DNA of 64,000 nucleotides from an uncultured Clostridia bacterium (GTDB lineage Bacteria; Bacillota; Clostridia; Christensenellales; UBA1242): NCBI GenBank assembly GCA_944351415.1, contig CALVPQ010000002.1, positions 801 to 64,800 of the forward strand, read 5' to 3'. Shown piece by piece: positions 1 to 9,470 of this stretch (position 1 is its first letter; each line of letters starts with the position of its first letter). The notes under the pieces were generated by a model. It saw only the letters and a program-made list of their open reading frames with translations, ran no database searches and was not told where the DNA came from. The position numbers and the translations under genes were made by a program.

Positions 1-10
1 AGGATTATAG

Positions 11-1486
11 ATGTTAAAGAAATACTCAATAACAAATTTTGTTTTACTTGTCATAATAGCAATTTTAGGCATACTCTTAAGTGTATGTCCTTTTAATGTT
101 CCTACAACTACAGATAGGTATAATGGCTTTGTTGGAGCAATTCAACCAGGTATTGACCTTGGTGGTGGTGTTTCAGCTATTTACGAGGTTGAAGCTAACG
201 AAACAGCACCAAATAATAATCTTGCTGAAATTATAGACAACTCTTTAGACAAAATAGAAAATGTATTTGTAGAAAATGCAAGCTATATAGAGTTTTTGTA
301 TTATTCATCTAATAATGATTCACTATACAGTGAACTATTTGTCACAAGACAAGGTGATAATAAAATTAGAATAGAAGCTTCAAGTGCTCAAGACACCGAC
401 CGATGTTTTACATTACTAGAAGATGGAAGACAAATATATATAACTTTAGACCAGGCTTCTGATACATTAACAAATCCAGAAGTGTATATTGAAAGCAATG
501 AAATTGAAATTGCTTATATAGGCTCTGATTATGAAAATAGTGTATACACAGTTACTCTCGAATTTACAGAAGATGGACAAAATAGTTTGACTTCTCTTTT
601 AAATGATGCAGAAGAAACAAATAAGACAAGTGCTTATATTTATATAAACGAAGTAAGCAGTGATAATTTATTATCAACAATCACATTAGATGATGCGGTT
701 AATGATAATATTATTACTTTCACAAGTTCAGATAGCACAAATTATATTTCAAGTGACCTTGATGCAACAATTGAACTCGTTTTTTCTATTGTCGGTGGTT
801 CTCTTGGTCTTGATTTAACTCTTTTGGAAGCAAGTTATGTGAGTCCTGTTCTTGGTCAAAATACTCTCTTATATGCTGGTATTGGTTCTGTAATAATTAT
901 TGTATTAACCTTGGTATTCCTATGTATCAGATATGGACATCTTGGTCTTCTTGGTAGTTTGTCAATTATTTTCTACTTAATTTTATTTGCTTTCTTTATG
1001 CAGGCTATTCCATTTATAGTGCTTAATTTATCAGCACTCTTTGGTTGTCTATTTGCATTTGTTATTGCAGTAATTTCAAATATAATTATTTTTGAAAAAA
1101 TTAGAGAAGAATATGCTATTGGCAAAAAGATTCATCTTTCATTTAAGGGCGGTATGAGAAAGTCATTATGGCCTATACTTGATAGCCATATTATCATAAT
1201 CTTAGCTGCTGCTATGCTCTGGATATTTGCTCCTTCTGCATTAAAAGGCTTTGCTATAACTTTAATGCTAGGAACCTTGCTTTCTGTTTTTGCGTCTCTT
1301 GTTATTACTAAGTATCTCTTGAACATATATCTTCCACTAAATAGCACAAAAGCTAAAAAATTGCATTTATTTAGAGATAAAAATGTGAAAGAAATAAAGG
1401 AAGATAACAAGAATTCTAAAACTCAAAGTGATTCTCAAGAAACTTTAGTTACCGAAACTACAATAGGAGGTAACAATAATGAATAA
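11..1486 (+). CDS. secD: protein translocase subunit SecD
   Basis: 491-aa ORF with an N-terminal TM, a large extracytoplasmic domain, a GIDLGGG motif and a C-terminal multi-TM bundle. It overlaps the following secF-like ORF. Confidence 0.85.
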   Translation: MLKKYSITNFVLLVIIAILGILLSVCPFNVPTTTDRYNGFVGAIQPGIDLGGGVSAIYEVEANETAPNNNLAEIIDNSLDKIENVFVENASYIEFLYYSSNNDSLYSELFVTRQGDNKIRIEASSAQDTDRCFTLLEDGRQIYITLDQASDTLTNPEVYIESNEIEIAYIGSDYENSVYTVTLEFTEDGQNSLTSLLNDAEETNKTSAYIYINEVSSDNLLSTITLDDAVNDNIITFTSSDSTNYISSDLDATIELVFSIVGGSLGLDLTLLEASYVSPVLGQNTLLYAGIGSVIIIVLTLVFLCIRYGHLGLLGSLSIIFYLILFAFFMQAIPFIVLNLSALFGCLFAFVIAVISNIIIFEKIREEYAIGKKIHLSFKGGMRKSLWPILDSHIIIILAAAMLWIFAPSALKGFAITLMLGTLLSVFASLVITKYLLNIYLPLNSTKAKKLHLFRDKNVKEIKEDNKNSKTQSDSQETLVTETTIGGNNNE

Positions 1487-2522
1487 AACAAAAAATAAAA
1501 TGCCTTTAAATCAAAAAATAATTAATTCAAAATTTAATATAACAAAAAATTTTCTCTATTTTTTAATTGTTCCTGCTGTTATTATACTTGTTGGAATAAT
1601 TCTCCTTTGCACTTTAGGTTTTAATTTAGGCACAGATTTTACTGGAGCAAGCACATTTAAAGTGTATGTTAATGATGAAGATAAACTTGGCGAAGAAATA
1701 GTAAGTTATAATCTTGACAATAAAGATGATTATAATGTTATACGAGAGAAAATAGAGGTTGTCTTAGAAGATAATGGACTTTCTATTCGTGAATATCGAA
1801 CAACTTCCATAAGTATAACAAATTATCTTATAGAAAATGGGCAAGCAGTAGAAGTTGTTTATCAAAATACGGTAGATGACATTGAACTTATTGAAGCACA
1901 AAATAATGATATTAGAAGTAGTTTAATCACAGCATTTGGCTATGCAGATGTTCAAGAAGCTATTTCTAGTGTGGACTTTATTCCTTCTTATGGCTCTTAT
2001 AACTGGGCTATTGGAGTTGTTGCGGGTATAGTATTTGCTTCAATTATTGCAATTTGTTATATGGCATTTAGATATGATATGTCTGCATTTATTGTGGGAC
2101 TCATTCAAGTTGCTCTAGATATTTTCCTTACAATATCACTTATTTTAGTTTGCAGAATAACAATTAATTTGTCTATGGGAATTATATTGTTCTCAACTTT
2201 AATATTAACTATAGTTAACTTATTCCATTTCTATTCTACGATAAAGAATAATATTAAATCAGGAAAACTTGCAAACTTAAAAAATAATGATATTGCAAAC
2301 ACAACAGTAAAAGAAATAACTATGTCAAGAATCCTTGTATATGTTATTTTACTAACGATAGCCATACTTTTCTCGGCATTAGCTGTTGAAGGTGTAAGAG
2401 AGGTTTCTCTTGGAACATTATTAAGTATAGTAACAACTTTTTATACATCTGAATTTATATTGCCAGGGTTATGGGCAACATGTTATAAAAAGAAAACAAA
2501 AAAAATTAATAAAAATTCCTAA
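1479..2522 (+). CDS. secF: protein translocase subunit SecF
   Basis: 347 aa. A GTDFTG motif is followed by a 6-TM bundle. 8-nt overlap with secD. Confidence 0.85.
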   Translation: MNKTKNKMPLNQKIINSKFNITKNFLYFLIVPAVIILVGIILLCTLGFNLGTDFTGASTFKVYVNDEDKLGEEIVSYNLDNKDDYNVIREKIEVVLEDNGLSIREYRTTSISITNYLIENGQAVEVVYQNTVDDIELIEAQNNDIRSSLITAFGYADVQEAISSVDFIPSYGSYNWAIGVVAGIVFASIIAICYMAFRYDMSAFIVGLIQVALDIFLTISLILVCRITINLSMGIILFSTLILTIVNLFHFYSTIKNNIKSGKLANLKNNDIANTTVKEITMSRILVYVILLTIAILFSALAVEGVREVSLGTLLSIVTTFYTSEFILPGLWATCYKKKTKKINKNS

Positions 2523-2545
2523 CTTTACTTAGGAATTTTTTATTT
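2514..2545 (+). terminator. rho-independent terminator after secF
   Basis: Stem ATTCCTAA/TTAGGAAT overlapping the secF stop codon, followed by a T-run. Confidence 0.6.
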
Positions 2546-2560
2546 TGCTATTTAATTTTG

Positions 2561-2589
2561 TTGACATGAAAACAGGATTGTGATATACT
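2561..2589 (+). promoter_or_regulatory. sigma-A type promoter for rpsB-tsf
   Basis: TTGACA (2561-2566), 17-bp spacer, TGaTATACT extended -10 (2581-2589). Confidence 0.6.
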
Positions 2590-2758
2590 CATTAAGTCAT
2601 TGGACAAATATGCACTTATAGTATATTCTTTTGCAGTTGCCTAAAACTTGTTACATTTTTAAACTATACCGAATGTAACTTAAAAGATTTATTTCTGAGG
2701 TCGCAATTAGGAGCTAGAAAACTATAAGGAAGGACAAAAACAAAAGGAGGAATTAAAA

Positions 2759-3670
2759 ATGTCAGTTATTTCAATGAAACAACTTCTAGAGGCAGGTGTT
2801 CACTTTGGTCATCAAACAAGAAAGTGGAATCCTAAGATGAAAAAATACATTTTTACTGCAAGAAATGATATTCACATCATCAATCTAGAACAAACTTCTG
2901 AGCAAGTTGATAAAGCTTACCAATTCGTAAGAGATGTCGTTGCTTCAGGCAAAAATGTTCTATTTGTTGGAACAAAAAAACAAGCACAAGATGCAGTTAA
3001 GGAAGAAGCCGAAAGATGTGGAATGTATTATATTAACACACGTTGGCTTGGCGGTTGCTTAACAAATTTCAAAACAATTAAATCTAGAATTGAAAGACTT
3101 AACAAACTTAATCAGATGGAAAAAGTAGGGGAATTTGACTTACTTCCAAAGAAAGAAGTTACTCTTCTAAAAGCCGAAAGAGATAAGCTTGAAAAAAATC
3201 TTGGTGGTATAAAAGAAATGAGAGAACTTCCTGGTGTGGTATTTGTGGTTGACCCTAATGTTGAGCATATATGTGTTAATGAGTGTAAACTTCTTAATAT
3301 TCCTATGGTTGGACTTGTAGATACAAATGGAAATCCTGACCATATTGATTATGTTATACCTGGTAATGATGATGCTATACGTTCAGTTAAACTTATTGCA
3401 TCGGCAATAGCAGATGCTGTTATTGAAGCTAAAGAGGGTGTATCACTTAAGAAAGATGATTCTCAAGATGAAGACATCGATATTGAAAAAGTTTTAGCAG
3501 AAACGAGACCAAATATTGAAATAGCAGAAGCTGGTGAAGAAAATCGTAGTAGAAAGAGCACTAAAAAGAGACCTGCAAAGAAAAAACCAGAAGTTAAAAA
3601 AGAGAGTAAAGAAGAAGTAGCCGAAACAAAAGCAGAATCTGCTGAGCAAAAAGAAGTAAAAGGAGAATAA
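2759..3670 (+). CDS. rpsB: 30S ribosomal protein S2 with a K/E-rich C-terminal extension
   Basis: N-terminus [22 protein letters not shown] is the canonical S2 signature. AGGAGG RBS. About 60 extra charged residues at the C-terminus. Confidence 0.97.
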   Translation: MSVISMKQLLEAGVHFGHQTRKWNPKMKKYIFTARNDIHIINLEQTSEQVDKAYQFVRDVVASGKNVLFVGTKKQAQDAVKEEAERCGMYYINTRWLGGCLTNFKTIKSRIERLNKLNQMEKVGEFDLLPKKEVTLLKAERDKLEKNLGGIKEMRELPGVVFVVDPNVEHICVNECKLLNIPMVGLVDTNGNPDHIDYVIPGNDDAIRSVKLIASAIADAVIEAKEGVSLKKDDSQDEDIDIEKVLAETRPNIEIAEAGEENRSRKSTKKRPAKKKPEVKKESKEEVAETKAESAEQKEVKGE

Positions 3671-3672
3671 TT

Positions 3673-4326
3673 ATGAATTTTACAGCTAAAGATGTCGCAG
3701 AACTTAGAGCAAAAACAAATGCGGGTATGATGGATTGCAAAAAAGCATTAACTGAATGTGATGGCGATTTTGACAAAGCTATTGTGTGGCTTAGAGAAAA
3801 AGGAATAGCCGCAGCAGCAAAAAAACAATCAAGAATTGCATCAGAAGGTATAGTATCTGCCTATATTCACATGGGTGGTAAAATTGGTGTTCTTGTGGAA
3901 GTAAATTGCGAAACTGATTTTGTTGCCAAAACAGATGCTTTTCAAGAAATAGGGCATGATGTTGCACTTCAAATTGCTGCAGCAGCTCCAAAATATGTTT
4001 CTATAAGCGAAGTTCCAGCGGAAGAAGTTGAAAAAGAAAAAGAAATTTTAAAAAATCAAGCACTTAACGAAGGAAAACCTGCTCAAATTATTGAAAAAAT
4101 GGTTGAAGGTAGAGTTAAAAAATTCTATCAAGATGTTTGTCTTCTTGAACAACCTTTTGTTAAGGACCCAAGCATGACTATTCAACAATATATAAATGAA
4201 AAAACTCTTCAAATTGGAGAAAAAATTTCTATAAGAAGATTTGCTAGATTTGAAATGGGTGAAGGACTTGAAAAACGTCATGATAATCTTGCAGAAGAAG
4301 TAGAAAAACAGATGCAAGGAAAGTAA
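3673..4326 (+). CDS. tsf: elongation factor Ts
   Basis: [22 protein letters not shown]-like N-terminus, then the [11 protein letters not shown] motif. Immediately follows rpsB. Confidence 0.97.
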   Translation: MNFTAKDVAELRAKTNAGMMDCKKALTECDGDFDKAIVWLREKGIAAAAKKQSRIASEGIVSAYIHMGGKIGVLVEVNCETDFVAKTDAFQEIGHDVALQIAAAAPKYVSISEVPAEEVEKEKEILKNQALNEGKPAQIIEKMVEGRVKKFYQDVCLLEQPFVKDPSMTIQQYINEKTLQIGEKISIRRFARFEMGEGLEKRHDNLAEEVEKQMQGK

Positions 4327-4343
4327 TTTGCCATTTATACTAA

Positions 4344-4381
4344 ATAAAAAAAGATGTGCTAAATTTAACACATCTTTTTTT
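4344..4381. terminator. bidirectional terminator shared by tsf (+) and the antisense cassette (-)
   Basis: Stem AAGATGTG/CACATCTT flanked by an A-run on one side and a T-run on the other. The stop codon of the minus-strand ORF sits at 4380. Confidence 0.7.
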
Positions 4382-4709
4382 ATTCAATAACAGATAATTT
4401 AAAATCGCCCATCGTAATATTATTTTTTGCAATTTTTATAAGCCTTTCCCAATCATTATCATTTTTGTCTATTTTACAAATTTCTATAACGTCTCCACGG
4501 TTGTGGTCAATCCACATTTTAAAGTCCATAAAAAGTTCTGTTGATTTTAAATTTTTTGAATTATATAAATGATAGTCAAGCAATCCTAATGTTTTCCTTT
4601 TTGCAATCTTTTCGTTTTCTATATATGAATTATAAATATATTCTTTTTTTGTGGATTCATATTCTAGTTGTCCTAACGACAAGTTTCTATAGTTGTAAAC
4701 CAGCTTCAT
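4380..4709 (-). CDS. small protein (109 aa), HipS-like / HipA N-terminal-subdomain-like (inferred)
   Basis: ATG at 4709 is preceded by GGGAGG at 6-nt spacing, inside the 3' end of the kinase gene (23-nt overlap). N-terminus KLVYNYRNLSLGQLEYESTKKEYIYN resembles the HipA N-terminus KLVTWMNNQRVGELTKLANGAHTFKY. The maximal ORF extends to 4760. Confidence 0.55.
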   Translation of the reverse strand: MKLVYNYRNLSLGQLEYESTKKEYIYNSYIENEKIAKRKTLGLLDYHLYNSKNLKSTELFMDFKMWIDHNRGDVIEICKIDKNDNDWERLIKIAKNNITMGDFKLSVIE

Positions 4710-5763
4710 TAATTTCCTCCCATTTTGCTTGTTCTTTTGTTCGTTTTTCAACTTTTTCACATAAGAATTGACTTCGTAACTTAAATATCAAATTTGCTTG
4801 GTCTTTTAATAGTTGAGGTAATGGTCCATATTTTTTTTCTGTATTTTTAAAAGCTTTAGCGAGTGTTTCATTTTCTAATGCAAAATTTTCAAAAAGAAAA
4901 TCCTGCAACTCTTTTGACTCGGCTATCATATCAATTACTTCGTTATCTATAGTTTCCATTAATTCTTTGGTTAATTTGAATTTTATTGTTCTTTTTGGAT
5001 TCGACATATCAATATCTGAAGTCGCTGTATGAATACCTAATGCAACCGACTTAGATAATAATAACTCATTTAAGTATTTTATTTTGTTTTTGTTATGTAA
5101 AACAGCATATTGATGTTTTATAACATTTTCTCTATGATTCCAACAAAATATATCTCCATTATCAAATAGGGGAGTCATAAAAAACTTTCCACTTTCTTCA
5201 TCATAAAGAAAAGATATATTATACCAATTTCTATCTGATTGTGCCGTAAGATAATCAAGAATATACATCTTTTTTAGTTGGAGCATTATTTCATCTATAT
5301 CAATAGAAATATCTTCTGTTAGATTTGCAAAACATATTAATGCTTTTTCATAATTATCCAAAGTATTTTTTGCAGAATATTGTTCTTCATTAAAATTATC
5401 ATACATAAAATTTTTTAGGAACTCTAACAAGGAATATCCTGAAAATTCCATGTATTCATTAGGATTATAATTTTTTGACATTACTCCATTATAATCCCTA
5501 TCGTTAGCCCGGCATACACTAGGGACATACTCAACACAGGGAATATCAATAATTTTACAAAGTTCATAAAAAACAACTTCTCCAATATCTTCAAAAGTTA
5601 TTGTTTCCCCAGTGCTGTCTCGATTAGTTTTTTTAAATAACCACTTTTCATCTGGTTTATCTTTGAATGAAAACCACATTTTATCCCTTGCTCCACGTAA
5701 TTCAGTGGTATAAAAAATAAAATCTTCATTCTTAGATGTTAAATCAATAATTTTTCTTTCCAT
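4687..5763 (-). CDS. HipA-family (HipT-like, N-terminally short) Ser/Thr kinase
   Basis: Gly-rich loop LRGARDKMWF near residue 23. Catalytic motif SDRNWYNISF (cf. HipA TDGHAKNFSV). Mg-binding motif TPLFDNGD (cf. TPFYDII). Confidence 0.7.
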   Translation of the reverse strand: MERKIIDLTSKNEDFIFYTTELRGARDKMWFSFKDKPDEKWLFKKTNRDSTGETITFEDIGEVVFYELCKIIDIPCVEYVPSVCRANDRDYNGVMSKNYNPNEYMEFSGYSLLEFLKNFMYDNFNEEQYSAKNTLDNYEKALICFANLTEDISIDIDEIMLQLKKMYILDYLTAQSDRNWYNISFLYDEESGKFFMTPLFDNGDIFCWNHRENVIKHQYAVLHNKNKIKYLNELLLSKSVALGIHTATSDIDMSNPKRTIKFKLTKELMETIDNEVIDMIAESKELQDFLFENFALENETLAKAFKNTEKKYGPLPQLLKDQANLIFKLRSQFLCEKVEKRTKEQAKWEEINEAGLQL

Positions 5764-5778
5764 AATACTCTCTTTATT

Positions 5779-5807
5779 ATTATATGATATTTATTTTATT
5801 AAGTCAA
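5779..5807 (-). promoter_or_regulatory. consensus sigma-A promoter of the kinase cassette
   Basis: On the minus strand: TTGACT, 17 bp, TATAAT. Only 15 nt separate the -10 from the ATG at 5763, so the leader would be very short. Confidence 0.6.
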
Positions 5808-5906
5808 TAACTTAGAAGAAAATATATGTTTGACTTATTTAAACAAAATAAAACAAATATAAAAGTTTATTTTTAATTTATAAAAGTTTTTTATTGATAA
5901 ATCATT

Positions 5907-5934
5907 TTGATTTTTTTTTACTTTATAGTAAAAT
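5907..5934 (+). promoter_or_regulatory. candidate promoter for frr-uppS-cdsA
   Basis: TTGATT, 16 bp, TAAAAT, about 35 nt upstream of the frr start. Confidence 0.35.
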
Positions 5935-5967
5935 ATGGTTGTAGTATATTTATTAAGGAGAAAATAC

Positions 5968-6534
5968 ATGAACGAAATGATAGAAGAAATTGAGCTTTCA
6001 TGTCAAGAAGAAATTGATAAGGCAGTTAATCATCAATTAAGTGAATATCTTGTTATTCGTGCTGGCAGAGCTAATCCGCATATCCTTGACAAGGTTTATA
6101 TTGATTATTATGGTGTGCCTACACCTATAAAAAATATGGCAAGCATCACTGTTCCTGAGGCTAGAGTTTTAGCAATATCAGTTTGGGACCAAACTCAAGT
6201 AAAAAATGTAATAAAAGCAATTACTGCTGCAGATTTAGGAGTTAATCCTAACGAAGATGGCAAAGTTATAAGACTTATTTTTCCAATATTGACCGAAGAA
6301 CGTAGAAAAGATATTGTTAAATCAATAAAGAAAATAGCAGAGGAGACAAAGATTGCTGTTAGAAATGCAAGACGAGATGCTATGGATATGATTAAAGAAC
6401 TTGAAAAAAATAGTGAAATATCAGAAGATGAACGTGATAGTTATGAGGATAAAATTCAAAAATTAGTTGACAAAGCTTGTGATAAAATAGACGAAAACTA
6501 TAAGGCAAAAGAAAAGGAAATAATGGAAGTATAA
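5968..6534 (+). CDS. frr: ribosome recycling factor
   Basis: ATG at 5968 lies 8 nt after AAGGAG. RAGRANPHILD and LGVNPNEDGKVIRL motifs are typical of RRF. 188 aa. Confidence 0.95.
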   Translation: MNEMIEEIELSCQEEIDKAVNHQLSEYLVIRAGRANPHILDKVYIDYYGVPTPIKNMASITVPEARVLAISVWDQTQVKNVIKAITAADLGVNPNEDGKVIRLIFPILTEERRKDIVKSIKKIAEETKIAVRNARRDAMDMIKELEKNSEISEDERDSYEDKIQKLVDKACDKIDENYKAKEKEIMEV

Positions 6535-6591
6535 CTTAATAGTTCAAGTTTTCCATTTGTTTTTCGTATAATGTAATTAAAAGGAATATCT

Positions 6592-7290
6592 ATGTCAAGT
6601 AAAATTTATAAACTACCTTCTCATATTGCAATTATAATGGACGGAAATGGAAGATGGGCAACTAAAAGAGGACTTCCTAGAAACTCTGGTCATAGGGAAG
6701 GGGTTCGAGCCATCGAAAGAACCATAAATGCATGTTTAAAATACGGAATAAAATATTGCACTTTTTTTGCCTTTTCAACAGAAAATTGGAAAAGAAGTAA
6801 AGAAGAAATCGATGGGATATTTGAACTTTTACGAGAGTATTTGAAAAAAAATGACAATACTTTTGTAGAAAAGGAAGTTAAAATATCTTATCTTGGTGTT
6901 ATAGACCCATTTCCAGAAGATTTAAAAAAAGCATTATTGGATATAATGGAAAAAACTAAGAGTTTTGATAAACTAGAGGTTAATTTTGCTATTAATTATG
7001 GCGGACGAGATGATATTGTTAGAGCAGTTAATAAACTTTTACAAAGCGGTTATAATAAAATAACAGAAAGTGATATATTGAATGCTTTAGACACAAAAAA
7101 TATTCCTGAGCCAGATTTTGTTATACGCACTAGCGGTGAAATGAGAATATCAAATTTTTTATTATATCAAATGGCATATAGTGAACTTTATTTTCCAAAG
7201 GTTTTATGGCCGGATTTTAATGAAAAGCACTTTTTAAAAGCTTTAAAGGTTTATCAAAAAAGAAACAGAAGATTTGGAGGAATTAAATGA
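6592..7290 (+). CDS. uppS: undecaprenyl diphosphate synthase
   Basis: HIAIIMDGNGRWA and FSTENWKR motifs, and the C-terminal RRFG. Confidence 0.95.
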   Translation: MSSKIYKLPSHIAIIMDGNGRWATKRGLPRNSGHREGVRAIERTINACLKYGIKYCTFFAFSTENWKRSKEEIDGIFELLREYLKKNDNTFVEKEVKISYLGVIDPFPEDLKKALLDIMEKTKSFDKLEVNFAINYGGRDDIVRAVNKLLQSGYNKITESDILNALDTKNIPEPDFVIRTSGEMRISNFLLYQMAYSELYFPKVLWPDFNEKHFLKALKVYQKRNRRFGGIK

Positions 7291-8258
7291 AAACAAGATT
7301 ATTAACATCGTTTGGTATTATTTTGGTTTTGGCTATTGCCTTTATTTTAAAGGTATTTGTTAGCAACTACTTTTTTGATGCTTTGATATTGTTGATTGCA
7401 TGCTTTGCAGCTTATGAAGCATCTAAACTTTTCACAAAAATGGGCAAATATAACAACGTGATTATAGCAACAATATACCCTGTATTTTTGATGTTTATAT
7501 TGCTTATTTGTTCCGCATTTAATGCAGATATTGGTGTAGAGTATATGCTAGTTATTGCTGTGGGCTCTATTGTTCTATTCTTTGCAATAACATTTATAAT
7601 ACCATTAATTAATTTTAAAACAACAAAAAATGAAATAAAAACAAGAAACATGGACAAGTCTATGACTGTAGCAAAATATTCTTTAATAAAAGCATTAAAT
7701 ACTGCAGTTGTATTCCTATATCCTTCATTCTTACTATTGTTTTTATCTCTTATAAATCACTTTGAAGATTTATCAACATCTTTTACTGCATTAACAGGTT
7801 TTGATGGCTGGGTATCATTTTTTGTTTTATTATTCTCTTTTCTAATACCTATTTTTACAGATACTTTTGCATATCTTATGGGAAGTTTGTTTGGCGGAAA
7901 GAAACTTGCTCCTAAAATAAGCCCTAACAAAACAATTGCAGGTGCAATTGGTGGAGTAGTTTGGTGTGTATTGTTAACAGTTGCAATTTTCTTTATATTA
8001 GATTCAATTCCTTCTATAAGTTCTATTTTACTTAACTCAGGTATTTCTGTTTGGAAACTTATAATTATAGCCTTTATTGGTTCAATTATAAGTCAGTTTG
8101 GAGATTTATTTGAAAGTTATTTAAAACGTAGTGCTTCAGTTAAAGATTCAGGGAATTTGCTTCCAGGTCACGGCGGTATGCTTGACCGTTTTGACTCTTA
8201 TATATTTGTTGCACCATATATGTTCCTTGCATTTAGTATATTATTTTTAGTTTTATAA
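7287..8258 (+). CDS. cdsA: phosphatidate cytidylyltransferase
   Basis: ATGA overlap with uppS. Polytopic membrane protein with the C-terminal CTP-transferase signature SxxKRxxxxKDxGxxxPGHGGxxDRxD. Confidence 0.9.
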   Translation: MKTRLLTSFGIILVLAIAFILKVFVSNYFFDALILLIACFAAYEASKLFTKMGKYNNVIIATIYPVFLMFILLICSAFNADIGVEYMLVIAVGSIVLFFAITFIIPLINFKTTKNEIKTRNMDKSMTVAKYSLIKALNTAVVFLYPSFLLLFLSLINHFEDLSTSFTALTGFDGWVSFFVLLFSFLIPIFTDTFAYLMGSLFGGKKLAPKISPNKTIAGAIGGVVWCVLLTVAIFFILDSIPSISSILLNSGISVWKLIIIAFIGSIISQFGDLFESYLKRSASVKDSGNLLPGHGGMLDRFDSYIFVAPYMFLAFSILFLVL

Positions 8259-8300
8259 TAAGATATATTTAAAGTTGTTTAATGTTTTTAGAGAGGTTAA

Positions 8301-9470
8301 ATGATAATCTTATATATTATCTTAGCTATTGCAATTTTGCTTCTCATGGTTTTAATTCATGAATTTGGACATTATTGCATAGGAAGAATGCTAAACTTTA
8401 AAATTACGGAGTTTTCTGTTGGTTTTGGTAAAGCCATATTTTCTCGCACAAATAAACGGGGAGAACTTATTTCTCTCCGCATTTTTCCGTTAGGTGGATA
8501 TTGTGCTTTTGCTGGTGAGGACGAAACAAATTCTGATGATAAAGATGCCTTTACCAATCAAAAACCATGGAAAAGAATTTTAGTATTTCTGGCTGGTGTT
8601 ACATTTAATTTTGCCACAGCAGTTATATTCTCTTTAATTCTTCTTTGTACTGTTGGTTATGACATACCACAAGTTGTTAATAGAATAGAAATAAATAGTT
8701 CAACAATTGAAAATATGGTTGATGGGAGCCTAAATACAAACCTTGAAAACGTTCCTCAAGAACAACAGCTACAGGCAGGAGATGTTATAATTTCCATAAA
8801 TGGAGAAAAAATAGATTTTGCTTATGGTTCTAACTATAATGATTTAATTAATGCTGAAATTTCAGATTTAAATACATTTCTTTCTGGAGTTAGAGAACGT
8901 GGCGAAGATGAAGTTGAGGCCTTTAAAAATTATGAAACATTTCCTGCTGTTGTGAGAAGAGGAAGTGAATACGTTGATGTTCAGCTTGGTTTTTATCAAG
9001 TGCAAATAGAGAATTCAGCAGAAAGCGAATCTGAGTTAGTTTATAGTTATTATTGGGACGTGAATGTTAAAGCTTATGTTCACACTTTTTGGGAAGGTCT
9101 TGAAAGAGCTGTTCCGTTTGCTTTTGGGCTTGCATGGGTTGTTTTAAAATCACTATGGCTTTTAATAACATTTCAACTTCCTATTTCTTCTATAGGAGGT
9201 CCAATAACAACTATTGCAACTATAGCAACATATACACAAACGAATATCTCAAATATTTTAATTTTGATTCCTTTAATTTCTGCTAATTTAGCAATCTTTA
9301 ATGCTTTACCAATACCTGCATTAGATGGCTCGCATATAGTTTTCACAACTATAGAAGCAATTAGGAAAAAGCCTATTAAACGTTCAACAGAAAATATGAT
9401 TCACACTATAGGACTTTTTATACTATTTGGATTTGTCATTTTAGTTGACATATTGCATTTTCTGTTATAA
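8301..9470 (+). CDS. rseP: RIP site-2 metalloprotease RseP/RasP
   Basis: HEFGH in TM1, an internal PDZ-like region, and C-terminal NALPIPALDG. Confidence 0.9.
   Translation: MIILYIILAIAILLLMVLIHEFGHYCIGRMLNFKITEFSVGFGKAIFSRTNKRGELISLRIFPLGGYCAFAGEDETNSDDKDAFTNQKPWKRILVFLAGVTFNFATAVIFSLILLCTVGYDIPQVVNRIEINSSTIENMVDGSLNTNLENVPQEQQLQAGDVIISINGEKIDFAYGSNYNDLINAEISDLNTFLSGVRERGEDEVEAFKNYETFPAVVRRGSEYVDVQLGFYQVQIENSAESESELVYSYYWDVNVKAYVHTFWEGLERAVPFAFGLAWVVLKSLWLLITFQLPISSIGGPITTIATIATYTQTNISNILILIPLISANLAIFNALPIPALDGSHIVFTTIEAIRKKPIKRSTENMIHTIGLFILFGFVILVDILHFLL

Noticed and set aside
5801-5836. Inverted repeat AAGTCAA-N22-TTGACTT in the divergent region between the kinase gene and frr, as an operator.
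   Set aside because: The left arm is explained as a -35 box (TTGACT) on the minus strand. The right-arm TTGACT has no acceptable -10 at 17 bp. The symmetry is most simply a by-product of -35-like hexamers, so an operator role cannot be supported.
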